DNA of 64,000 nt from Thermoanaerobaculia bacterium (GTDB lineage: Bacteria; Acidobacteriota; Thermoanaerobaculia; Multivoradales; Multivoraceae): the NCBI GenBank assembly GCA_963664405.1, contig OY761158.1, positions 5,120,001 through 5,184,000 of the forward strand, in the 5' to 3' direction. The notes under the pieces are model-generated. The model saw only the letters and a program-made list of their open reading frames with translations, had not been told where the DNA came from and made no database searches. Below are positions 38,311-48,694 of this stretch, one piece after another; the first letter of the stretch is position 1, and each line of letters begins with the position of its first letter. A program made the position numbers and the translations under genes.

Positions 38311-38311
38311 G
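38103..38311 (+). pseudogene. Tn3 transposase remnant (N-terminal stub fused to extreme C-terminus)
   Basis: RLMRDASFLEADRRDIALRR then, in another frame, DFPFDPDLRRHVSPIEWKNVILYGEIKIDPAKLKMRDP*. Confidence 0.7.
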
Positions 38312-40315
38312 GGTCGGCGCGGAAATAAGTTTCCAGTATCTGGGGTGACCATACCACTGCCCCCTTCTTCAGCCACCGCATAATCCTCCGGTACGCGCCT
38401 TGTTTGCAAGGTTTAGAGCTAGCATAGCCCTGCCCGCATTTGGTATAGTTTCCCCTGTCACCTCTTTTGGAAGGGGAACTATACCAAATGGTACGAGCCG
38501 AAGATCGTGATGCAACAGTGCGCGAGCTCTTGATGAGCGAACAGATGGCCACCATGGATGAGCTCAAGGACGCCATGGGAACCCGAGCCACCATGACGGT
38601 CTACCGTTCGCTGTCTCGATTGGGCTATTTGGCCAGCTACTCGGATCGAGGGCGGTTCTATACCTTGAACGAGATTCCCGATTTCGACGATCTGGGTTTG
38701 TGGTCGTGCGGTTCGGCGAGGTTCAGTCGGCATGGCAGCCTCCTCGAAACTGCGGTGGCTGCCGTGGACCGGTCCGCTGCCGGCTATACGGCTTCTGAGC
38801 TCGAGCTCCTGCTGCAGGTCGAGGTCAAGCACGCGATGTTGCACCTCGTTCGTCGCAAGAGAATCGTAGGATCCAGAGTTGGGAAGAGGTTCGTATACTT
38901 GTGCTCGGAAACAGGGCGCCGTCGTCAGCAGAAGCTGATGCGCAACGAACGGCAGGCTCTCCAGGATGTAGCTGCCAGCCTCGTTCCAGAAGTGCTCCCC
39001 GAGGAGCTCAGGGCTGCCATCGTTTTATTCTTCAGCCTGCTAGACGAACGCCAGCGGCGGCTATTCGCTGGCCTGGAAGCGACCAAGCTCGGGCATGGCG
39101 GCGACCGGAAGATCGCCGATCTTCTGGACCTGGACCCTCATACAGTCGCAAAAGGACGTCGCGAGCTCTTCGGCGGCTCCGTGGAGCGCGGAAGAGTTCG
39201 AAGAGCAGGCGGTGGCAACCAACGAGTGGAAAAAAAACGCCCGCGATAGTCGATGGAATCCATTCCATACTCGAGGCCGATATAGCTGGTGATCCCATGT
39301 CATCAAGAAGATGGACGCACGAGACCGCTGCAAGGGTGGCCCAATGCCTTGCCGAACGCCTTGACATCATCGTATCGGCTACGGTGGTGCGTCGATTGCT
39401 CGCAGACCTGAACTATTCCCTCAAGAGCAATAGGAAATGTCTGTCTTCGGGGAACTCCCCAGATCGTGATGCACAGTTCAAGGCCATCAAGCAACTGCGC
39501 GAGGATTTCACAAGCGCTGGCGACCCGATCATCAGCGTCGATACGAAGAAGAAGGAGCTGATCGGTCGGTTCAAGAACCAGGGACAGACATGGTGCCGCG
39601 AGGCCAAGCGGGTCAAGGATCACGACTTCCGGTCCGAAGCTCTCGCCATCGCCTCCCCCTATGGGATCTACGATCTTCAGAGGAACTTCGGCGTTCTCGT
39701 CGTCGGACAGTCGTCGGACACGCCGGAGTTCGCCGTCAACAGCATCGCGACCTGGTGGCTCAACTACGGTCGATCTCAGTATCCGGCGGCTCAGCGTCTC
39801 CTCATTCTTGCTGACAGCGGCGGAAGCAACGGCGCACGGCTTCGAGCCTGGAAGAAGTACCTCCAGGAGAAGCTCTCAGACAAGTGCGGCCTCATCATCA
39901 CCGTAGCCCACTATCCAACCGGCACCAGTAAATGGAATCCCATCGAGCACAGGATGTTCAGCGAGATCAGCAAGAACTGGGCCGGAGTTCCTCTCGAGAG
40001 TTTCGAGATCCTGGTCAACCTCGTCCGCAACACGACGACATCCACCGGACTGCGCGTCGAGCCGTGCCGTGATCAACGCCAATACGAGAAAGGGGTCAGG
40101 GTATCGGACAAGGAAATGCTGCAGCTCGCGGTGGCCAGGAGCGACTTCCTAGGAAAGTGGAACTACACCCTCTCGCCGAGACCGCGAACCGAGCAGGAAG
40201 AGCTTGCCCCACAGCCTGGGCTCAGCTCACCACCACCTCCAATGCAGCGACCGCCCTGTGGCGCCTCGGCCTCACACGCTCCGGCGATAATGTGAAGTTA
40301 TTTCCGCGCCGACCC
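38311..40315 (+). mobile_element. ISAzo13-family element
   Basis: Perfect 18-bp TIRs gggtcggcgcggaaataa / ttatttccgcgccgaccc; TTA on both flanks. Confidence 0.9.
38467..40295 (+). CDS. ISAzo13 transposase, two ORFs joined by a -1 frameshift
   Basis: LDERQRRLFAGLEA..GHGG in ORF A; A8 run at 39230-39237; ISVDTKKKELIG, DHDF, ADSGGSN, SKWNPIEHR in ORF B. Confidence 0.9.
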
Positions 40316-40318
40316 TTA

Positions 40319-40497
40319 GGTAGGCGCGGATCTCGGCATGCGCGTCGGGCGGAGCCGAGGAGGAGGGCGGCCTGGAGGACGGTGAGAGGCAGGCCTTGGT
40401 CGAAGAGCTGGTCGACAATGAGACGGTCGCCGTGGTGGAAGCGGTGAGGGGTGTCGGGAAGGAGTCGATAGAGGCGGAGTAGGTGGCTTCGGGTCAT
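40319..40497 (-). pseudogene. Small ORF downstream of istB, truncated by ISAzo13
   Basis: [17 protein letters not shown]...LLLGSARR; start overlaps the istB stop; frame runs into the IS end. Confidence 0.55.
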
Positions 40498-40796
40498 GAG
40501 CGTCGTCGTGCTGCGCTCCGCTTTTTGGCCCGGTCCTTGGCCTTTTTTTCAGCAGCCTCCTTGGCCTCCTCGCGGCGATAGGAGTTAGCCTCGATCTTGA
40601 CGATCTCGGCGTGGTGTGTGAGTCGATCGACGAGGGTAACGACGCAGGAGGCGTTGGGAAAGACCTCGCCCCATTCGGCGAAGGGCTTGTTGGTGGTGAG
40701 AAGAATGGGCTTGTTGCCGTATCTCCTGGAGACGACCTCGAAGAGGAGATCCGCGTGGCGGTGGTCGTAGGAGAGATAGCCGAGCTCATCGATTGC
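40494..40796 (-). pseudogene. istB: IS21 helper ATPase IstB, C-terminal fragment
   Basis: [41 protein letters not shown]; Walker A absent. Confidence 0.88.
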
Positions 40797-41058
40797 CAAA
40801 AGCCCCTCGGCTACGGCTCAAGGCGGCTGGTATGACCGAAAGGTTCCCTTTCGGCCCGGCAAGCACGGCCCGAAGCAACCCGACAACCAGGACCATCCAC
40901 CCCCTTTCCCTCATAAACAGCTATCCCTTCGGATCGGCCCGCAGCAGTCCAGGTCGCGAAGCGGCGCAGCGAACCCTTGACGGCGAGGACCGATTGATTT
41001 TTCTTTGCACCCCTGTTATAACTACAAATTGTAGGTGTTACGGGATGATGGAGTTTGG

Positions 41059-41334
41059 ATGGAATTTGAATGGGACGAGACCAAGAACCTAGCCAACATC
41101 CGCAAGCATGGCGTCAGCTTCGACACCGCCAAGCGCATCTTCGAGAGACCCATTGCAACTTGGATCGACCATCGCAAGGACTACGGCGAGGATCGCCGTA
41201 TGAGCATTGGACGGTTGGAACATGGGGCGCTAATCGTGGTTGCCCATACCGATCGGGACGGGCGTATCCGCTTGATCTCCGCCCGTCCGGCGTCCCGCAA
41301 GGAAAGGCAGGCTTACCATGAGCGGATACGATAG
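41059..41334 (+). CDS. brnT: BrnT family toxin
   Basis: FEWDETKNLANIRKHGVSF...YGEDR...IRLISAR. Confidence 0.92.
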   Translation: MEFEWDETKNLANIRKHGVSFDTAKRIFERPIATWIDHRKDYGEDRRMSIGRLEHGALIVVAHTDRDGRIRLISARPASRKERQAYHERIR

Positions 41335-41599
41335 CCCCCTCACTCCCGGACAGATCGCGGCCATGAAGGACGAGAGCATCGACTTCAGCGATATTCCCGA
41401 ACTGGACGAGGAGTTCTGGAAACGGGCGAAACTCATCGAACCCGATCACACCGAGCAAATCACCTTGCGTGTCAAACGCTCCGTGTTGGCTCATTTCAAA
41501 GCCTCGGGAAAGGGCTACCAGAGCCGCATTAACCGCGTGCTCGAAAGCTACGTGCGGGCCACTCAACAGGAGTCCCGAGGGGGGGGAGTGAGAGAATGA
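41318..41599 (+). CDS. brnA: BrnA family antitoxin
   Basis: IDFSDIPEL...ITLRV...FKASGKGYQSRINRVL; overlaps brnT. Confidence 0.92.
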   Translation: MSGYDSPLTPGQIAAMKDESIDFSDIPELDEEFWKRAKLIEPDHTEQITLRVKRSVLAHFKASGKGYQSRINRVLESYVRATQQESRGGGVRE

Positions 41600-41711
41600 G
41601 CCGAACGGATTGGGAGGAAGCATGAGTGTTGAGCCAATACGAAGGACGACGACAGCGAAGTAATTATCGCCGCAATCTGGGGAAAGCTCTATGATTCAGT
41701 CACTTGAAGGG

Positions 41712-41951
41712 ATGGACTTGACCGACCGCATCCGCGAGATGTCCGGACGGATCGCGAAGCGGCTCAACAGCATCAAGACGGAAGAGGCGACAAAGACCGC
41801 GCTGGTCCTGCCGTTCATCACGCACGTGCTTGGGTTCAACGTATTCGATCCGGACGAGGTCGTCCCCGAGTACACGGCCGACGTCGGCACCAAGAAAGGC
41901 GAGAAGGTCGACTACGCCATCGTCTCGAACGGGTCCCCGATCATGCTGATT
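41712..41951 (+). pseudogene. HsdR-N-type (PD-(D/E)XK) restriction nuclease, truncated
   Basis: TEEATKTALVLPF...LGFNVFDPDEVVPEYTADVGTKKGEKVDYAI...PIMLI; breaks just before the expected ExK. Confidence 0.85.
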
Positions 41952-41989
41952 CTCTTTCTGGGGACACCACGTCGATCTGTCGCAACATC

Positions 41990-42153
41990 GTTTCTCGGTC
42001 GCCCGATTGTACGCCGACGCAGACAAGGAGATGCAAAGGGTGAAGGCGGATACGGTCGCGGCACCCGACGCGCTGACACAGATGTGGCAACGACAGCAGC
42101 GTGAGCGAGAACGGCAGCGCGGGCCGGAGCGGGACTTTGGCCCGAGCCGGTAG
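41990..42153 (+). pseudogene. Possible relaxase/mobilisation protein C-terminal tail
   Basis: Manual translation ...QMWQRQQRERERQRGPERDFGPSR*, typical of Mob/Tra relaxase termini; compositional evidence only. Confidence 0.4.
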
Positions 42154-42472
42154 CGGCGGCAGCCAGACAGCGCCCGACCGCCCAGAAAGGCGCCTGGCGA
42201 TTTACCTCCGCGATGACATGGCCTGCGTCTACTGCGGGACTGGTATTGAAGAATCTTGCAGCCTGACGCTTAACCACGTCCGACCACCCAGCAAGGGCGG
42301 CACTAACGCCGCCTCAAATTTCGTCACAGCCTGCCGCCGCTGCAGCTCATCACGCGGCGTCAAGAGCGTGCGAGCCTTCGGCGGCCAGCCCGCCGTGACT
42401 CGCGTCAGACGTCAGACACGGCGGACGCTTCCGCTGGCAGAAGCTCGACGCTTGATTGCCTCGCGCGGCTAG
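42154..42472 (+). CDS. Small HNH endonuclease (degenerate; start uncertain)
   Basis: RRLAIYLRDDMACVYCG...LNHVRPPSKGGTN...VTACRRCS; DH->NH and CN->CS substitutions. Confidence 0.7.
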
Positions 42473-44181
42473 AAATGACCGCCTACGTCCGCGACGCACG
42501 CCGTTCACGCTGTTGGCGCAACGGAGCTAACCTGTCTACGAAAGTGAATCAAGCCCAGCGCAGGACTTTCCGCCGAAGCGATGTGCGGCGGGTATGGGAG
42601 CGCCAAGGTCGAGTATGTGTGCTCTGCGCGCGAGCGATTCCATTCGACCTTATGCACGGCGACCACGTCAAACCATGGAGCCATGGCGGAGCCACCTCCC
42701 TGGAGAACTGCCAAGCCCTGTGCGGAAGCTGCAACCTCAGAAAGGGCTCGCAGCCGCAGCAAGTGACCGAGCGATCCTTCAAAGCGAACCAGATCGCCGC
42801 AGGATGCGGTGAGTTGCGGCGTTGGCAGAAGGAGGCGCTTAGTGAAGTCTTTACCAAAATCCTGAAAGAACCAGTACTGGTTGAGGCGTGTCCTGGCGCT
42901 GGGAAGACTCACTTTGGGCTTGAGGTTGCCTACAGGATGATTCAAGACGATTCGATTAGCCGGGTATTCGTGTTTGTCCCGAGCCTGGGAATCGCAGACG
43001 GCTGGCTGGACGCGGCGTCCTCAACTAATGAGACTTCACCGACGGTGCCATTACTTGGGCCACGCAAGTGGAGGCCGGTACAGCCAATCTTGGAACGGTG
43101 GGCAGGAGCAGTCGCTACTTATCAGAGCCTATTCGCCGCCCCCGACATGTTTTTGGCCCATGCTGCTGATCCAGGGCACCGAACGCTCGTGATCTTCGAC
43201 GAGATTCATCATGCGGGGGCTGACTCTGGCTGGGGGATCAGCGCACAAGAGGCATTCGGACGAGTCGCGACCGCGATTCTGAGCCTGACTGGTACACCGT
43301 TTCGCACCAATCGCGATGCGATCGTCCTCGTCCCAAGTGAGGGTGGGTCAGCAAGCCCTCACTATCGCTACGGGTATGATTGCGCCCTTGATGATAACGC
43401 CTGCCGACCGGTGCAATTCGTCTTCGGGCGCGGAAGCACGATGTTTCGATCCGAGGACGGAGTTGTCCATGAGGTCAGTTTTGATGACGAGCTAACCGCG
43501 CTTGGCGATCGTCGCCGCCTCAGGACCGCTCTCGAACACGTTGAGACAGGATCGATCGCCCATTTGTTGCTGGCGGATGCGAATGAACACATCCTGAATC
43601 TACGCCGAAGCGGTGATGCGGATGCGGCCGGACTCGTAGTGTGTGTGGATTGCAGCCACGCCGATCGCGTTGCCGAATTCATGGGAACCGAAGTGTTGAG
43701 CCGACGTCCCGTTGTGGCTTGCTCGAGGCTCTACGACCCCGGCGATCCAGAACCAGCGAACGCGATCAAGAGGTTTCGCAGGAGCCACCAGCCCTGGATT
43801 GTGGCGGTGAACATGGTGTCGGAAGGAATCGACATCCGCCGATTGCGTGTGGTGGTCTACCTGACAAACAGGCTCACCGCGCTGAGCTTTCGACAAATTG
43901 TCGGTCGTGTGGTGCGTATCGATCCAGCCAATGTTGATGACCACGGAAGAGTGTACCTACCGGCAGATCCGAGCCTAACATCGATGGCGCGCATGATAAC
44001 GACGGAGGTCAAGCTTCTGCCTCCACCGATGGTGCTCGAACGTAACGGAAGAGAAATAGGGCCCGTTCGCATTAGCGATGATGGTAAATCGGTTGAACGC
44101 GTTGCGTTCGAGTCGCTTCGCTCTGTGGGGCAGCGCGGTGCTGTGGCGGATTCCAAAGGACGTCGGGCGGATGAGCGACTA

Positions 44182-45420
44182 GTACACGTGAACACAATTA
44201 GTGGAACGTATTATCTGTGGCATACTAGACACCGAGGAGGTCCTCGGTATGCCCAGAAAGAGCCCCTTTACTATCGTTCTTTCCCCGGGAGAACGTGCGT
44301 CCCTGGAGACGAGAGCACAGAAGTATACGTTACCGTATCGGGATGTCATGCGGGCCAAGCTCGTCCTGCTGGCCGCCGAAGGCTGGGAAAACAAGGACAT
44401 CGCGGCCGCCCTTCAACTCACGCGGCCCAAGATCTCGAAGTGGCGAAAACGCTTCTTCTATCAACGACTTTCGGGATTAGAGGATCAATCCCGCGGAGGC
44501 CGCCCCTCCGATTTCCCCCCCTGCGATCATCGCTGAAGTCAAAGCGCTGGCCTGCCAGCTGCCCGCCACGCAGGGACTTCCTCTGTCGCGGTTCAGCCGC
44601 CGCGAGTTGCGTCGCCATGTCCTCGAGCAGGGCATCGTCGCCGAGATCTCGGGCACGACCATCTGGCGCTGGCTGTCGCAAGACGCGATTCGACCGTGGA
44701 GCTACCGGAGCTGGATCTTCCCTCGCGATCCCGATTTCGCCGACAAGGCCGGCCGAGTCCTGGATCTGTACGACGGTCGGTGGAAAGACAAACCCCTCCA
44801 GGAGGGGGATTTCGTCCTCTCCGCCGATGAGAAGGCGGGCCTGCAGATCCGCAAGCGACGCCATCCGAGTCGGCCGCCTGGCGCGCGCCAAGCGCTTCGC
44901 TTCGAGCACGAGTACCGCCGCCGCGGCACCTGTGCGTACCAAGCGGCCTGGGATGTCCATCGGGCACGCCTCTTTGGCCACGTCGTCGAACGATCGACGA
45001 TCGACTGCTTTGATGCCCTGGTCGCTTCGGTCATGGGCACCGAACCCTACAGATCGGCGAAGCGAGTCTTCTGGATCGTCGACAACGGCACGGTCCACCG
45101 CGGCCAGCGTGCTGTGGACAGGCTCCACTCCCAGTGGCCCAAACTCATCCTCGTGCACTTGCCCGTGCACGCCAGCTGGCTGAATCAAATCGAGATCTAC
45201 TTCTCCGTGCTCCAGCGAAAGGCCCTCACACCCGACGACTTCGACTCCCGCGAAGACATCACCCAGCGAATCCTCGACTTCCAAGATCACTACCAGACAA
45301 TCGCTCAGCCATTCCAGTGGAGCTTCACCCGTAATGACCTCGAACGCCTCCTCCAACGGTGCCCCTCTTTCGCTCATGCAGCTTGAGAGAATACGTTCCA
45401 GAACTTCCGTCCCGGAGTAC
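44182..45420 (+). mobile_element. IS630-family element
   Basis: TA duplication within CTAG; ends gtac...ggaacgtat / atacgttcc...gtac. Confidence 0.9.
44249..45386 (+). CDS. IS630 transposase (frameshifted ORF A/ORF B)
   Basis: HTH ORF A (KWRKRF...GLEDQSRGGRP), slippery tttccccccc at 44512-44521, ORF B with ADEK, IVDN, ASWLNQIE. Confidence 0.9.
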
Positions 45421-45537
45421 TAGTCGAGCTGGCGCGAGCCTACATCAGGAGACAGGGACTGACGGGAACCGATCCCGTGAGTCTGGCGCTTGCTGCTTCG
45501 GAGAATGAGAGGCTCCGTCATGCACTGGAACAGTGCG

Positions 45538-47013
45538 ATGTCTGAACAAGTCAAGGGTCCAACGGTCGTCCTCGTTGGAGGCGCTATCACCCTCGATTCA
45601 GGGGAGCGAATCGACTCCAGGCAACCCCTAGCAGATGACAAGTGGGACTTCATCCTTCGGTCAGCACTGGCTGGTTCTGAGCTTTGGTGGGAGGCCGCGC
45701 GGAAGCTGGTGGATGTCATCCTCGACGAAGACCAAACGGATGGAGCTTGGGCGCTTACCTGGGCGCCCAAGACGCTGTGGCAGCCGAAGGCTGACGGTTC
45801 CGCGAAACGCATTCGGATACGGGCCGCTCTCCAAAAGTGCGTGTCGTTGATGGATCTGCGGTATCAGATAGAGATAGGCGGCTACGGTAAGGTAGTGCCC
45901 CGTCAAGTCAAAATAAACGCATCCAAGACGACAGCGCGATACCGTGTGCTAGAACACCCCTTCCGGTACGAGCACTTGGTAGCCTCTCGGCCTCCGACGG
46001 TCTTCTTTGGTGCACACCCCACGGCGTGGGACCAGGAAGGGTTATCGCCATTTGGTGATGTTCTAAGAAAGTGGCCGAACACGGTGTTCGTGCTGGCCCA
46101 CACGCCCCTGATGGAAGCCACGATTGCCAGGGTGCAATCCTGGTTCTCGAACGGACGAAAGCCGCGAAACAGGAATTCTAACGTTAGTAGGAGACAGGAG
46201 AAAGCAGATGAAGAGTTCTTCGCATCGATGAAGGATTTCAGCCACCACAGGCCAATGGTGGTGGATGCGGATTTCAGCCTTACGTATTTCCTTGACAGCG
46301 GGTCACCAGGAAGCGCGGCTGACCTGGACGCTGCGCTAACCTTCGTCTTGAGCCGTTATGACCTGAATATTGGACTGTGGGATCTCGCTCGTGATCCGGG
46401 ATTGCGTGAGAGCTTGCTGTCTCCTGAAGAACTTGAATCTGCGCCGTCCCATCAGGCCTCGATGCCGGTCAAGCTGAGTGCTATCGCGACTGAAGCGAAG
46501 TTGGCATGGGAGAAGCAACGGCGATCGGAAAGGGTTGCCCGACGACAGCTTCATAACTCGGTGTGGCCCCTTCTCAAAGACCGGGAATGGCGAACCTTGA
46601 ACCGCAAATCTGAAGGTAGGACCTACGTGCTTCCGAAGGGTAAGCCCGTCAAGTGGGCCGATATATATGATCCGTCACCAATCCTCTACTTTGCGCTGGA
46701 TGTGACCATGCAACAGGCGGTACTGCGCCTAAAGGCAGCACCGTTCGGATTCGAAGGCATACCGGAGTACCTTCATGAGCACGGCGACGGACTACGAAGA
46801 ATAACTGGCGAGAGGCCTACTGAAATGGTCATTTGTCGCTTTCAAGATCATGGATGGAAAAGAGAACTTGGTGACTGGGATCAGACGGTCCAAGTCGTAG
46901 ATGCCGTCGTCAAGTTTCTTGATCTTACGATTTCCACTTTGAGGTCGAAGGCGGAAGAGCAGTTTGCCGACTTCAGATCGAAGAACCCACCGCGAGAAAC
47001 GACCAGGTCATGA
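45538..47013 (+). CDS. Hypothetical protein (about 490 aa), coupled to the HNH-helicase gene
   Basis: Long ORF; ATG 45538 overlaps the restored helicase stop by 8 nt; no motif recognised. Confidence 0.75.
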   Translation: MSEQVKGPTVVLVGGAITLDSGERIDSRQPLADDKWDFILRSALAGSELWWEAARKLVDVILDEDQTDGAWALTWAPKTLWQPKADGSAKRIRIRAALQKCVSLMDLRYQIEIGGYGKVVPRQVKINASKTTARYRVLEHPFRYEHLVASRPPTVFFGAHPTAWDQEGLSPFGDVLRKWPNTVFVLAHTPLMEATIARVQSWFSNGRKPRNRNSNVSRRQEKADEEFFASMKDFSHHRPMVVDADFSLTYFLDSGSPGSAADLDAALTFVLSRYDLNIGLWDLARDPGLRESLLSPEELESAPSHQASMPVKLSAIATEAKLAWEKQRRSERVARRQLHNSVWPLLKDREWRTLNRKSEGRTYVLPKGKPVKWADIYDPSPILYFALDVTMQQAVLRLKAAPFGFEGIPEYLHEHGDGLRRITGERPTEMVICRFQDHGWKRELGDWDQTVQVVDAVVKFLDLTISTLRSKAEEQFADFRSKNPPRETTRS

Positions 47014-47213
47014 AGTCCAGCGCCTCAAGGCCCGCGGTTTCCCTAGTCAGGGTACCGACCAGATCGGGGTCTGAACTCCTGGCCGGAAAGAAGCTAGACG
47101 CGCCGCCGCCACGCCAGATCAGCCGGACGTACAAGCAGGCCCAGAAGGCGCGTCACAAAGGGACCACACCGCTGCCATTGGACTTAGGCTCGACAACGAC
47201 CAAGCCGAGATGA
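47010..47213 (+). CDS. Small basic hypothetical protein
   Basis: 67-aa ORF with ATGA overlap to the upstream gene; no other support. Confidence 0.35.
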   Translation: MKSSASRPAVSLVRVPTRSGSELLAGKKLDAPPPRQISRTYKQAQKARHKGTTPLPLDLGSTTTKPR

Positions 47214-47313
47214 AGGCCAAACTGAACCGCCGGCTGGCGAGGCGCTCGCTGAAAGCATCGCGCGAGAACACGCCGCCATGAGTCGCCTGAGCAACCAGCT
47301 GCACGAGGACGCC

Positions 47314-48694
47314 GAGCTATGGTCGAAAGTTGTGTATGCGGAGGTTGAAGGCGGCGTATCCTGAGGTTGTTCAACGACCTTGGGACCTTCCGGAGAAGGA
47401 GGATACGCCGTGGTTCAGGGTAACGCAGAGCGCTTCAGAGAGCCAGGTACAGCGAGTGTGGATGACGCCTTGACCGAGGTGCTGCGACAAGGAGCCCAGG
47501 AGCTGCTCCGGGTGGCGGTCGAGGCGGAAGTGGGCGAGCTGCTCGAGCACTACGCAGAGGAGCGCGACTCAGCCGGTAGACAGAGGCTGGTGCGCAACGG
47601 GCATCTGCCGGAGCGGTCGATTCAGACTGGAATCGGCGACGTCCCGGTGCGAGTCCCGCGAGTGCGGGACCGGGGTGAGACAGAGGAGCCGATCCGCTTC
47701 GAGTCGAAACTGGTGCCGCGCTACCTTCGCAAGTCCAAGAGCATCGAGGAGCTGCTTCCGCTGCTGTACTTGCGCGGCATCTCGACGGGCGACTTCGGTG
47801 AGGCACTCAGCGCTCTGCTTGGGCCCAACGCGAAGGGTCTGTCGGCCTCCACGATCAGCCGGCTGAAGAAGGACTGGCTCCAGGAATTCGAGAGCTGGTC
47901 CAAGCGCGACCTGGGTCGCCAGCAGATTGTCTACCTGTGGGCCGACGGGATCTACTGCAACGTCCGCTTCGACGACGCCCGGCTATGCCTCCTGGTGCTG
48001 ATCGGCGCTGACGAAACGGGCAAGAAGCGACTCTTGGCGGTTCAGGAGGGCTATCGCGAGAGCGAGCAGTCTTGGCGGGAGATCTTGATGGATCTCAAGC
48101 ACCGCGGCGTAGCCGTCTCGCCCAAGTTGGCGGTCGCGGATGGTGCCCTGGGCTTCTGGAAGGCGATCACGAAGGTATTCGGCGACACCCGCACCCAGCG
48201 TTGCTGGATGCACAAGACCGGGAATGTCCTGAACTCCCTGCCGAAGTCGACGCAGCCCAAGGCGAAGAAGGCCTTGCACGAGATCTGGCAGGCGGAGACG
48301 AGGGCGAAAGCCTATGAGGCGTTCGATGCCTTCGTAGAGACCTACGAAGCGAAGTACCCGCGAGCCGCCGAGTGCCTGACTAAAGACCGGGACGAGCTCC
48401 TCGCCTTCTACGACTTTCCCAGCCAGCAGTGGCCTCATCTCCGAACGACCAATCCCATCGAATCGACGTTCGCCACCGTCCGTCTTCGCACTGCCAAGAC
48501 CAGGGGATGTCTGTCGCGAGAGACCATGCTCACCATGGTCTTCAAGCTCACTCAGAGTGCCGAGAAACGATGGCGACGACTCAGAGGGTTCCACCATCTC
48601 GCTGAAGTTGTCGGGGGAGTCCAGTTCGTCGACGGAGAACATCCATCAACCATCGCCGCCTGATGCCCCCGTACCCAACATTTGACAATAACTC
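47314..48694 (+). mobile_element. IS256-family element
   Basis: Imperfect TIRs gagctatggtcgaaagttgtgta / tacccaacatttgacaataactc; perfect 9-bp TSD gaggacgcc (47305-47313, 48695-48703). Confidence 0.93.
47410..48663 (+). CDS. IS256 (Mutator) transposase
   Basis: RNGHLPER, YLRGISTGD, WADGIY, ADGALGFW, QRCWMHK, RTTNPIES. Confidence 0.93.
   Translation: MVQGNAERFREPGTASVDDALTEVLRQGAQELLRVAVEAEVGELLEHYAEERDSAGRQRLVRNGHLPERSIQTGIGDVPVRVPRVRDRGETEEPIRFESKLVPRYLRKSKSIEELLPLLYLRGISTGDFGEALSALLGPNAKGLSASTISRLKKDWLQEFESWSKRDLGRQQIVYLWADGIYCNVRFDDARLCLLVLIGADETGKKRLLAVQEGYRESEQSWREILMDLKHRGVAVSPKLAVADGALGFWKAITKVFGDTRTQRCWMHKTGNVLNSLPKSTQPKAKKALHEIWQAETRAKAYEAFDAFVETYEAKYPRAAECLTKDRDELLAFYDFPSQQWPHLRTTNPIESTFATVRLRTAKTRGCLSRETMLTMVFKLTQSAEKRWRRLRGFHHLAEVVGGVQFVDGEHPSTIAA

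Larger units (their letters stand above)
42475..45545 (+). pseudogene. HNH endonuclease-SF2 (DEAD/DEAH) helicase fusion, interrupted by IS630
   Basis: HNH: CVLC..DHVKPWSHGG..NCQALCGSCN; helicase: LRRWQ, CPGAGKT, DEIHH, TGT, MVSEGID, QIVGR. Removing 44182-45422 restores the frame to TGA 45545 (...ERLVELARAYIRR...EQCDV*). Confidence 0.9.

Noticed and set aside
40836-40854. Hairpin ccgaaagg-ttc-cctttcgg as oriT or terminator
   Set aside because: No U-tract and no recognisable nic motif; insufficient evidence.
39230-44521. Frameshifts in the ISAzo13 (A8) and IS630 (T3C7) transposases as pseudogenisation
   Set aside because: Both sit at slippery sites where these IS families normally use programmed frameshifting.
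42475-45183. 902-aa ORF as a novel long helicase
   Set aside because: Beyond codon ~569 it is read-through into IS630 in a non-coding frame; the true C-terminus lies at 45423-45545.
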